Shown here in pieces: positions 31,601 through 44,091 of a stretch of 64,000 bases of DNA; position 1 is the first letter of the stretch; each line of letters begins with the position of its first letter. Under the pieces are notes generated by a model. The model did not search any database, was not told the DNA's origin, and saw only the letters and a list, made by a program, of their open reading frames with translations. A program made the position numbers and the translations under genes. Source of the DNA: Chrysomallon squamiferum (taxonomy: Eukaryota; Animalia; Mollusca); the NCBI GenBank assembly GCA_012295275.1, contig CM022665.1:47988001-48052000 (forward strand), given 5' to 3'.

Positions 31601-33862
31601 AGAGGTGTAATACTGTATATTATTGTATGTTATAATATTACAATAGAGATGTAAAACTGTATTATATATATCTTAGTATAATAGAGATGCAGTGCTGTAC
31701 ATTACTTTATATTTTAATGTTAAAAGAAAAGTGTAATGCTGTATATTGTTCTGTATTGTAATATTATACAGAGATGTAATACTGTATATTGTTGTATGTT
31801 TTAATATACAGTGTATATTTTAACTATATTATATATCTTAGAGTAATAGAGATGCAGTGCTGTACATTATTTTATATTTTAGTGTTAAAAGAGTGGTGCA
31901 ATGCTGTATTTTGTAATATTGTAATAGAGATTTAATTTAACGCAGTGTCATGGTTTCGTGTTATTTTCTACAGGAGTGCGTGGTCCAGCCATGATGAGTG
32001 CCCCTCCCCGGATGTCTGGACCTGGGGGAGACATTCTGCCTGGACCTCAAGGCTTAATGCAGGGAGGACCACAAGGACCTATACAAGGTAAACAGTTGTT
32101 ACACAGATATTTACTTCACACATTAAAACTGAAATGCTCGTTTCACATCTCTATATAAATTATGTTTAATATACAAATATTAATTTCAAATATCAGCATA
32201 AAACATAAACATTCACTTCACGTATCTGTTTAAGTTATACTTTTGAAACAAAAAACATTTACTTTTTAGAAACAGTAGCTTATAGATATTTCTAAAATAT
32301 TATGTTTGAGTGGAAAAACAGGATTTTTTATTTATAGCACTAACTATAATTTTTATTTATAGCTAAACCAGACTTTTTATTTATAATATTTCACTGTACT
32401 TTGTGTCTGTACAGGAAGACCAGACTTTTTATTTATAATATTTCACTGTACTTTGTGTCTGTACAGGACGACCAGACTTTTTATTTATAATATTTCACTG
32501 TACTTTGTGTCTGTGCAGGACGACCAGACTTTTTATTTATAATATTTCACTGTACTTTGTGTCTGTGCAGGACGACCAGACTTTTTATTTATAATATTTC
32601 ACTGTACTTTGTGTCTGTGCAGGACGACCAGACTTTTTATTTATAATATTTCACTGTACTTTGTGTCTGTACAGGAAGACCAGACTTTTTATTTATAATA
32701 TTTCACTGTACTTTGTGTCTGTGCAGGACGACCAGACTTTTTATTTATAATATTTCACTGTACTTTGTGTCTGTACAGGAAGACCAGACTTTTTATTTAT
32801 AATATTTCACTGTACTTTGTGTCTGTGCAGGACGACCAGACTTTTTATTTATAATATTTCACTGTACTTTGTATTTGTCCAGGACGACCAGACTTACCTG
32901 GATCTTTCCATGGTCAGTCTGGACCAGCAAGAGCAGACTCACGAGATCCTCGTCTTGTTGCTGACCCTCGGTCAATTCCCAGACCAGGTCCTTCAGCTGT
33001 TCCCATCAGAGGACCAGGAACACCTGCTCATCTCGCTGGTCCCGGTCCTGTTCCTGCTGCACAGGTCAGTCACCCTTAGTTATAATTAGTAACATCAATC
33101 ACCCTTAGTTATAATTAGTTACACTTAATTATATGAGTTACATAGTTACATTAGTAAAATTATAGTTGGTTATGTCAGTCATATTTATTGCATTTTTTTG
33201 GACAATTTATTGCACTTTTATAATTATCTAAATCACTTTTCATTAACACATTTTATTATTATTGATATTTGAGTTTCATTAAACAATAATTTTGTTAACT
33301 AAAAATCCTCATGTAAATACTAATACACTGGTTTTTTTGGTTATTTGTTCAAGTTGATCATTGTCTGTACTAAACAAATGTGTTGTGTGTTTCAGCTGGG
33401 TGTTCTCGGACAGCTAGGTAACCTAGGCAACCTGAACGCACTAAATCAGCTGGGGCTGACCGGTGGTCTACAGTTGTCGGGCATAGGTGGACAGGTGCCT
33501 TCCATGCCAGGAGGTACTCAAATATCCGCACAGGATCAGGAGAAGGTGAGTATTCTCTGTTCAAGTAATAACAACAATGTCTGTGTTTTATACATTTTAA
33601 TGTTCTGTTAATGTTTGAAAAAAAAATACTATTCTCTGAATTTAAAATGAACGTATTGTTCTGTTAATGTGACATTCAGTGTTTGAGAAATAACATTCAG
33701 TGTGTGATGTGGAAAGTAAAGTCAGGTGAAATCTGTGTTTTGCAGGCTGCTCTCATCATGCAAGTTCTGCAGCTGACAGATCAGCAGATTGCAATGTTAC
33801 CTCCAGACCAGCGACAGAGCATCCTCATTCTCAAAGAGCAGATCTCACAGAGTGGAAAGTAG
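28663..33862 (+). CDS. CSTF2: Cleavage stimulation factor subunit 2 (CstF-64)
   Basis: Exons 28663-28741, 29038-29116, 29219-29423, 29539-29646, 30034-30153, 30534-30602, 31353-31410, 31974-32087, 32883-33064, 33396-33545, 33746-33862 (TAG). RRM: [18 protein letters not shown]...[16 protein letters not shown]. Hinge: [25 protein letters not shown]...[16 protein letters not shown]-terminus: [38 protein letters not shown]. Confidence 0.97.
29972..30039 (+). repeat. 21-bp x3 array spanning the CSTF2 exon 5 acceptor
   Basis: taacgtgtatttcag|ctgtgt repeated; AGs at 29991, 30012 and 30033 (true). Confidence 0.85.
32366..32895 (+). repeat. 52-bp x10 array spanning the CSTF2 exon 9 acceptor and first 13 exon nt
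   Basis: Unit tttatttataatatttcactgtactttgtgtctgt(a/g)cag|gacgaccagactt; true acceptor at 32882. Confidence 0.95.
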
Positions 33863-34022
33863 ACATCAGTTTACCATCTCACAGTGGAGAGCTTGTTTAC
33901 CATCTCACCGTGAAGAGCTCATTTACCATCTCACAGTGGAGAGCTCACTTACCATCTCACAGTGAAGAGCTCTTTTACCATCTCACAGTGGAGAGCTCAC
34001 TTACCATCTCACAGAATGGAAA
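33842..34022 (+). repeat. 26-bp x6 array in the CSTF2 3' UTR resembling the last codons
   Basis: Unit tttaccatctcacagtggagagctca versus CDS end atctcacagagtggaaag. Confidence 0.8.
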
Positions 34023-35083
34023 ACAGATAAAACGTCTCAGTGGTCAATATTTTTGTTAAATATTGTCTCACATTATTGGTCCTTTTAAATATATCATCTG
34101 AGTTATAATCATCACAAATCTTTTTATATTAAAAATGTTTACAAAAGAGACTGCCTATTAAATCACCATTTCTTCTTTCTTTTTTTTAAAGATGTTTGTG
34201 AAAAAGAAAACAAATATATGCTTGTACATATTTCCTTGTGTTTTAAACATTTGTTCCTATTATATTACATCCAACAATGAATGACTGAAAGAATAGTAAA
34301 CAATTATTATGTATTTGTTAACTGAGAAATTATTTTATTAATCTCAGTGTCAGGATTAACATATAAAAATGTTTTGAATTAAAGAATTACAGTGTGGATA
34401 GGAAATGAAGTTAAATGTGTGTACAAATATGATTTGTAGTACTATATCAGCTGACATACAGTCTTTCTTCTGTTGTCAACTTTATTTTATTTTTTATTTT
34501 TCCCCAAGATGAGTTTGTCATCTTGTAAGAGGTTTTTCTTTGTATAAATATGGTTTAAACAGATTAAGATTTTGGTGTTTAAATGTTTTCTGTCTAATAA
34601 AGTAATTAAATTTCATTTTGTTTCTTATTTTTATCCCATTAAAATTCTGTTTTCCTTCTCATCATGTTGCTTTTAGTTACTATGTATATAAATTTTCAAC
34701 ACACACACACACACATTAATAAAGGGCATAATGGCATGATCATTTCTATATGTTTTACTTTTTTAACCGATTTATAAATGTTTGAGGTGTCAGGTAATGA
34801 GATAAAGGATTTGCTATGACTGACTTATTTTAGTTTGTTTAAATTAGTAATGGATATTTTATAAGTGTCTGTACACAGGAAATTAAAAAACAAACTTCAA
34901 GTACTAAACAGGAGCACAGAGAATTGTCTGAGGCAATTGTTGCACCAATGAAAACCGGAGTACACCATCTTTTTATTTATTTATTTATTTATTTATCTAT
35001 TTATTTTATAGTGTATAAAAACAAATAAATGATAATTAAAAACCATGAATAATGAAATCCACAAAATGTTTTTTCTTCTTAAT

Positions 35084-35119
<36 letters not shown>

Positions 35120-35147
35120 TTCTCTAATTCATACACAAATGCAGTAA

Positions 35148-35205
<58 letters not shown>

Positions 35206-35669
35206 GTCCGGTTTGATTTGTTGTATACATTACAAGTGAAATGTAGTTTCTATGGATAACTCGGGTATCTTAACGTAGTTCACATCCGTTATTTTATAAA
35301 TAAACTAAAATCCGAATAATAGTAATATAAATGTCATGAAATAAACATTCTTCCCGTTTAAATTCCAGATTCACAGGGCAAAAATCAAATTTATATTTTA
35401 ATTTAAATGTAATAAATATAAAATGCACAAATGAACGTAATGTTAATAAATGGCATTTATATGTGTCTGTACTATGCTTAATATTATATTATTCTTTCTC
35501 CCTTATATACATCGAGTTTATTAAATGTTGATAAATGCAATTATGCATGAATATCAACGTGGTAGAACTTTGGCCCCATTGCTTTGAAATAATATGAAAG
35601 TATCAGTCTAAAATACCGATTGAATCCGGAAAGTGCCGAAGCTGGTGCAGGATAGCAGCCTAAATCGAA

Positions 35670-38600
35670 ATGGCAGGCGCTCTGGTTAAAAAGGGAATTT
35701 CATATTTGTCCAGCAAGGACTTCAGAGATTACATTTTCAGGTATGATATTATTAAGAAATGTCTTTGTTTTTAATTTCTTGTTAGAAGTTAAATGCTATA
35801 TTCTGTTTTCCAAACGTTTTGTAAAGTGTAAATTTTTTTTTTTTTTTTTTTTTTTTAATGAGCTCAAAACATCAAAACATGATCTAGTCCAAGTTGTTAG
35901 TATTAATTGTGCATCATGAAAGCAGAACTAAATAAGCCATGTTAGTGCATTTTTATATATTTGATGTACAAACATACGTGTACTGTAATTTTATATTGTG
36001 ATTTGTGTATCGTGATTTAGGACTTACCTCAGTACATGTTCCGATCGTTCGTGTTTATTATTATTATTATAATTATAATTACAGATTAGTGTGTATGTTG
36101 TATTTGAGATGTGTAAATTTTAATTAAAAATTTTGTATGAGTGTGCTGAGATCTGATTGTGGGTGTGTGTGTGTGTGTGTGTGATGTTTTCACAATTGTG
36201 TGTAATGTTTAACCACTTTATCAGCCTGATATAAACGGTTACAATATTAATATAAAACACGTCTTTACAAAATTGCAGTGTGACTGAAAATTATTACAGC
36301 ACTAAATATTTTGTTTTGAATAACAACAAAAATATATTTTGTTTCCAAAATTGTTATAACAGTCAAAAATGTGAAAATAATATTAAAATACTAAACTGAA
36401 TACAAAGAAATGAAGAATGAATTTCAGATATTTTGTGATTTTCGTTATTTTCCTCTAGTGTTTTCTTTTTTCAACTAATCGTTAATCAGAATCTTTAAAC
36501 TGTTTTTTGGGGTATTACTAATTCTGTCAGCAAAAACTATATAACACATGTATTTTGTTTTAATTTCATATTCCTACAACTTATTTGCTGTGTGTTGTTG
36601 CTGTTTTCCAGTACTGTAAGTTATTTATCATTTTGACATTTGTTATTATATTATATTATATTATATTATATTATATTATATTATATTATATTATTATCAA
36701 AATTATAATATTTTTTTAATTATTATTTTAATTAAATATTTTCCAGCAGCAGGTGTTGTCCAGTCTGACTCATTACAAAAATAAACATCACTGATAATTA
36801 TTAAAATATGCTGAATATTAAACATTCATCACAAACTGAACTCAAACGACTTTTCATTTAATCTGCAGTTATATACAATACATTCAGATGTTGTGAAAAT
36901 ATGCTTAAACAGTTTTTACAAACAGTTTTCATTACTGTGAATTTATTTATCTTGAGACTTAATTAATTTTATTTTTTCTTCTTCATTTCAGCATTTCTGG
37001 GGTCCTGGTAAGTAAATGAAACCTTAAAAGTTTAAATATTTAGTTGATGTAACACAGCTGTCTATCACTATTGCAAGTAAATATTAGTAGAGAGTTCAGG
37101 AACCTGTAATTTCCATTATGCAGACAGGGTCCAGGTAATACAAACACCCCAGTGAGGTGCAGGGGCAAAATCAGGTTGGGGGGACAAGCAGGGAAAAGTC
37201 CTCAGGCTGAACACAAATGTTATGATTTTCAAGATGTTTGGAGACCCATTCTGACATCTATATATCAGCAACTGCAAATTTTCCCCATGTTCAAATGTAA
37301 TGATTTTTATAGTGATACCTGTTTTTGAATTTCCACTGCACACACATAAGTTGGGTACAGTAAACAACTGAGGAAAGTCCAGGACAAGTATAAAAGAAAC
37401 ACAGAAAAAAACTACACATACAGATATGTCCTCTATATGTGGGAAATTGATGGAAATGGAAAACACAGTAAAAGAAAAACATAAACATACCATGAAAATC
37501 ATGTTTTTTAAATATCCATTTTCCAGTTTGGCCGTATTCCCCAAAACTAATGGGAAAAAAACAACATACTCAGTACTGATAAACTGTATACACTGTCAGG
37601 TATGACATAAATACTATGTTATTTATAATATATATATTAACAAAATCTCAGTTCTGTACTCTTTGTCATCCAGAAATATTCACAACTACATAATTATTAT
37701 ATCATATGATGATGGATATTTTGTTGTTTCCAAGTTTGTTCCATCATACTTTTTCCTCTTTTCTGCACTTTATGTTAATATAGTGTCTAGGTGGGAGATA
37801 CACTGCTAATCTGGTTTGCTGTTTATTTTCTAGTTGCTAACTGGGGTCTGCCACTTGCTGCTATCGGAGACCTGAAAAAAGATCCAGAAATCATCAGTGG
37901 CAAAATGACAGCAGGTAAAAAGTTTAATTTCAGTTTTTATTATTGAAAGGATAAAAATAATATTTAGTATTGTCAGACCAAGTATTGAACATTTTATGAT
38001 AAAGTAAATTTAAATAATTTTAAATTGGAAATAATAAAAAAAATTCAGGATGGCTGAAAATTTTATTATAAAACATAAATTTAAATAATCTAATTCAATT
38101 CATCAAATTTGTAATATTTTGTTTGTAAATTCTAGGATGTGTCTTCATTATCAAATGTACAGTTGAAGTATCTAATTATAAAATCATACAAATATTAAAA
38201 AAATCTTCTGTACTTCAAATGTAATAGTCTGTTCATGTTTTAAATGTTCAGTAGATGATTTGTATCTGTTCACACAATGTTTTAAATTTCTGTGGTATAA
38301 ATTTACCTGTCTGTTCACACATATTTTAAATGTTCAGTTCATTATCTGTTCAATGTTTTAAATCTTCTGTACTGAAAATTTATGTCTGTTCATGTATTTT
38401 TGAACATCATGACAAACTGTCTGTTCAAAAAATGTTCTGTACATGACAGATTTACCTGTCTGTTCACAAATGTTTTAAATCTTCTGTACTTGACAAATTT
38501 GCCTGTCTGTTCACACGTTTTAAATCTTCTGTACTTGACAAATTTACCTGTCTGTTCACACAATGTTTTGAATGTTCAGTAGATGACAGATTTACCTGTC

Positions 38601-41020
38601 TGTTCACACAATGTTTTGAATGTTCAGTAGATGACAGATTTACCTGTCTGTTCACACAGTGTTTTAAATCTGTTGTTTCAGCGCTGGCTATCTACTCAAT
38701 GACGTTTATGCGTTTTGCCATCAAGGTGAAGCCGAGAAACATGCTGCTGTTTGCCTGTCACTTCACCAACGAAGTCACTCAGCTGACTCAGGGAGCCCGG
38801 TTTATAAACTATCAGTGAGTAACTCAACTCATACATTACTTTTATTTTTATTATTACCAGTGAGTAAGTGTCTTCATGAATTACTGATTGTTTTATTTTT
38901 ATTTATTATCAGTGGATAACTCAGTTCATGTATAACTGATAATTATTATTTTTTATTTTTTTCAATTTTATACTCATTTCATTTATTTCTGGTTATTTTC
39001 TTAATTGTTATTATTATTTAAAAATTTTTAATCGTTTAAAAAAAATTAAATTATTAACAGTGAATATTTTATTTCTTATGTTATTTGTCAATCATTGGCT
39101 TGGTTCTGTAGTAACATTTATTAAAAAAAAAAAAAATAATAATAATAATAAAAATTAATGACAGGTTTGATTCATTTGTAAATTATTTTCCTTGGAACTG
39201 GCTAATTTAATTGAACTTTTTTCGTGTGAAATATTTCAATTGTTAATCCACACAGTTTGAGAAATTGTAGATATAGAAGTTTCCCTGTTATTAAGTCATT
39301 TTGGCAGTATGGTTTTTCTCTCTAATTATTATAGAAAGACACAATACTGCTATTATTCATTTGTGTTTAGGTGTGATAAGAGACATATTTTTTTTTCTAA
39401 TATTTACTCTATTATTTCAGCTAAAGTGTTATATGTGTAGTTTTGTCAAAATTGTTCAGTGTACTGTTGTGTTTTTTTTTTATATCCTTTATATTTTGTG
39501 TTCTAATTCATAGCTGCAGGGCAAGACAAACATTTGAGGTTATCATACTGAAGTGTTTGCAAAGTCATCATCGTTTTTAATTTTTCTACTAGTAGAACAT
39601 TTAACCATTTTTTTTTTTTTTTTTTCACATACACACGCACACACACATTGTTATCATCATTTTTAAAATTTAGTTTTTTATTCTTATTATTTTTAATTGA
39701 TTACTGACATAAATAAATAACAAAAGAAACAACAACAACAAAAAAAAAAAAGTGTTGGTCAAAACTTTAATCTGCCCTCCTTTCATATATAACTGTAACC
39801 CACTGACTGCTTGTTGCTGGTTTTAATCATACAGTTTTCAGAAATAGGTGTGGTGGTTGTTTTGTTTTTAAGTGAAAAGAAATTGTCTGAATCTATAGAT
39901 TTGCATGTCTGCACGTAAGCAGCTGTGATTTAAATAAGAATTGTTTGTTTGTTATTTCACAGTGTTCAGATCTCATATCTTGTTTCTTTTTCTCTCTTGT
40001 CATTTTTACTTATTTAATTATTTTTAATTTTTCTTTGATTCAAATTTTATTTTAGTGTAGCAAGAATTATGTTTTAATAAATATTACTAATTTATTTTAG
40101 ATATATAAACTAGATTTGTAATTAATTTTTCAGCTATCTGTCTGAAACTAAGGGTTCATGACTGCTCAAAGACATCCCATTTGTAAAAAATCTTCAGTTT
40201 TAGTTAATTTTTGTTACCTTTGTTAAAGGTTTTTTTTTTTTTTTAATTGTTTGTTATTATTATTATTATTATTTTTTTTTTTTAAACATTTGTAAATTTA
40301 TAATTTATCTTGTTTTACATTTTGTCACTTTGTTTTTATAGCATTTTGTTTATTTTGACATTTTGGTTTTACAGTTTACAGTTTAAAAAAATAAATTTTT
40401 ATTTGTGTTACAGCTTATCTGTTTTACATTTTGTTTTTGTTTTAGTTGTTATTGGGAGATTATTTTTAATTTTAAAATTTATTTATTTTTTTGTTTTCTT
40501 AAATTTGTTTTTCTTTAATTATTTATTTATTTATTTATTTATTTATGGTTTTTTTTTGGGGGGTTGGTATTGTCTTGTTTTATAGTTTAACTTTGTTTTT
40601 AAATTCATTCATCACCTTTTCAATGTTTGCATGATATAACATTTTTTGTATTGTATTTCTTTGTATTGTGATTTTATTTCCAGTTTGTTTATTGTGTATT
40701 TATTCTATATTTGCAATGTTTCTGTTGCCCCACTTTCATATTTAAATAGTGTAATATTTCAATGTAAGTTTAAAAATTTAATTATATATTTTTTAAAATT
40801 ATTTTTCAGTTATTTCACAGATCCTGAGACTAGAAAAAAACATCACATAGAAGTTATTGAAAAAGAAGTCCACGCCCACCCAGAGAAATACCCCGCCCTT
40901 CACATACAGAGTCCAACGCCCCCCACCACACCCGACGAGATTGAAAAGGAGGTTGTGGAATTTGAGGCACATTACCAGCTGCCTAAAGATCCCCAGCCAC
41001 ACATCTCACCAACGTTGTAG
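35670..41020 (+). CDS. MPC1: Mitochondrial pyruvate carrier 1 (long terminal-exon form, ~171 aa; alternative short form ends at 40161, ~110 aa)
   Basis: Exons 35670-35740, 36612-36615 (4-nt microexon), 36992-37007, 37834-37914, 38682-38814, then 40134-40161 or 40810-41020. Protein MAGALVKK...[88 protein letters not shown]. Confidence 0.95.
38225..38670. repeat. Degenerate ~43-45-bp array ending just before an MPC1 acceptor
   Basis: Unit ~atttacctgtctgttcacacaatgttttgaatgttcagtagatgacag. Confidence 0.8.
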
Positions 41021-43272
41021 ATGTCAGTGACGTTGTAGAGATCACCTGTATTTACTCACCTGTAATTAGCCAGATATAAGATTATTTGTTTGCTTAATTT
41101 GTTGTGATTATTAAAGACATAGTGCTGTAGATAATTATAAATAATGAGGAGATTATTTTACATTGTTTTCTTTCTAAATAGCTGTGAGAGTGAATATTTT
41201 TAATATATTTAGTTTTTATTTGGACGTGGTGCATATGCATATTAAGATGTTTGCTCAAAATATACATTTCATTTAGTACAGAAACAAATTTGCAATTACA
41301 CAGATTTGATTCTGTTACAAATATAAATTACATTACTTGAAAAAAAAAAAAAACATGTTCAGATTTCACTGTGATTGAAATCCAGCAAATATAAGTTTTA
41401 GAAATATTTGTAAATAACAGATTTTTACTTTTATGTAAATAAATCATAAAAAAAGAAAACAAATAATTAAAAATAAAGTATTAAAAAAATAAATAAATAA
41501 ATAAACAAACAAACAAACCTCACTTTTCAAAGTTTATTTCATAAATTAAATTGGCAAATTTTTGTGTGATTATAATAATTTCAGCAGATGAGTATTATTC
41601 ATAGTATTTATTAACTATTCAAACAGATTACTATTTACATTTACTAATGCACAAATTTTATAATATACTTGTATATATATTGGTATTAAGGCAATACAAA
41701 TTAGTGTGTGTATACTCATGTGTGTGTGTGTGTGTGTGTGTGTGTTTGTGTGGAAGGACTCGGTATTTTTATACCAGATACATTAATAATACTTTGTTCA
41801 ATAATACTTGAAACTTTTGAAATTCATTTAGTAATATCAGGTTGTAAATCTCTAACAGTATGTAACTGTTGATATGTTGTTACCTATGACACTGTTTTAT
41901 GATTTTCTAAAACAACAAAATCGTTTGTGTCACCACAAAGATGAGTTTAGCACATGTAACTCGGAATGTATTTCATGTTATGATACACATTGTGCACTCA
42001 CAGTATTAAACATTGTTAATTACCTCATAGTGTTAACCTCCAGTTCCTAACACTGTAAACTATACACTGCCGGTATAGAGATTTTAAAATTTGTGGAAAC
42101 GATTTCTCACGCACAAAGTTTAGTAATTTATGGAAAACAAACTGTTACATAAAAAATTTTAATTAACAAAGAAAACATTGTTACAGAAAGTTTTATAATT
42201 TATAGAAAACATTGCTATGACACTTAAGTTTTGTTATTTACAAAAGGTATTACTATTACACAAATGTTTGTATTCCAGTAAACATTAATCCTACCATTTT
42301 TTAAAATAATTTATAGGAAAACAAATACACAATGGGTAACATTGGTGGAAAAGATTAGTCACGCACAAAGTTTTATATTACAGAAAACATTAATCCTTCA
42401 ATTTTTTTTATAATTTATAGAAAAAATAATATTTCTATTACATAAACTTTTGTCATTTTCAGAAAACTACTATTGCACAAAGTTTTGAAAGTAACAAACA
42501 AACATGAAAACTGATAAGTGAATAACTAAAAATAAAATGATTTTAAGAAGAGTAATGTTTGTTTATGTGCTATAGTAAGTGAATATAATTTGTAAGTTGT
42601 AGTTGTGAGGTTTTTGTTGTTGTTGTTGTTGTTGTTGTGATTTATACTTGGGGAATATTAATATAACTAGGTTATCTTTACTGAATAAAAATTATTTTAT
42701 TGTTATTTTTTGTTTTTTGTTATTGGTATTATTATTTTGAACATCAGTTATTCTCACTAATATGACTTGTATGAGAAACTCAAACATTTTAACCTAAAAT
42801 ATATGCAGCTCTGTGTGCATGTACATGTCAGAAAAATAAAATAAAATAAATTGTTAATGTTTTTCTTCAAGAACTGACGATTAAATCACACTAAATATTC
42901 TTAATGAATGTCACTAATTTGCAGATAATATTTTATTATTTTTTAATGCACTATTAATTTTTATTTCTCTTAAAAAGTATTGTTTTTAAAGGACATTAGA
43001 TAGAAACAACTTCCCATCAGTGTAGTGTTTGTTTTAAATTAATTAACTTTTTTTTTTTTTTTTTTTAATAATTTTTGGTCTTATTTAATTCCATTTCTAA
43101 AATTCAAATCAAATCTGATCTATTTAAAAAAAGTTATGTTTCACTTTAAGATTAAAAATGCTGGATGAACTTTTAAAACAATATAAATAGCCAAAGAAGG
43201 TTGAAAGTTCAGACTTCTTAATATATATATTGTCTCTACTTGGCATATATGTGCTCTGCCTCTTCACACACA

Positions 43273-43316
<44 letters not shown>

Positions 43317-43379
43317 TGTATTCAGGGGAAGAAAACGACACAACATAAAACGTTTGGATAAGATTTACTTCCCTTACCT

Positions 43380-43394
43380 GTTTCCCATGACAAC
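43380..43394. promoter_or_regulatory. Candidate RFX X-box in the C6orf118-like promoter
   Basis: GTTTCCCATGACAAC, next to a YY1-like AAAATGGCG and a CCGGAA, ~700 bp upstream of the ATG. Confidence 0.5.
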
Positions 43395-44091
43395 AGTTGT
43401 AAAATGGCGACGAATATCCGGAACATTTTATTAAACTGGAAAATGTTGATAAAATTTTGTTATTTCCATGTAGTCAAATAACGAAGGAAAAATTCGGTTA
43501 TTGGAACCTGTCGGGGTATATTTTCAATTGTTTTTGCTATAGCATTTGATATCTTGAGTTTACTTTTTCTTTTATTCTGTTTTTTCTTTTCTTTCTTTAT
43601 TTTATTTTTGTTGTTGTTATAAAATTTTCTTTTTTTTCAACTGTTCAAAATTAATGTCAAATTAAATCTAAATTGTGAACAACATAAAATGTACAAATAC
43701 TTTTAATTTATATTTCTGAAACGTAATTAAAAAGAGACGAGTTCGAATGGTCAAAGCGGTATTAATATATATATATACCAAAAAGGTTTAAATCGTATTT
43801 AGATACGTTATTTATATTTATGATACTAGTATATTTATTTATTGTTAATTAAATAAATATATCCAGATGTATCAGAACAAAACAGTTTAACAGTTATTTA
43901 TACCTCGAAATTATTTATAAAAGTATATAAATATTACTGTTGTATAAATGTGAAAGACAGGATTTTTTTGAAACGTCTGTATTTGTGTAGACATACTACA
44001 GAGAAAATTTAAATTTTTTTAAAAAAAAAAAAAGCATATGTTAATAATAAATCAATAATGAAGTATGTTTTGTATTTATAGCTAAATTAGA

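Noticed and set aside
37116-37544. 142-aa minus-strand ORF in an MPC1 intron
   Set aside because: Non-ATG start and no recognisable domain; more likely a decayed interspersed repeat
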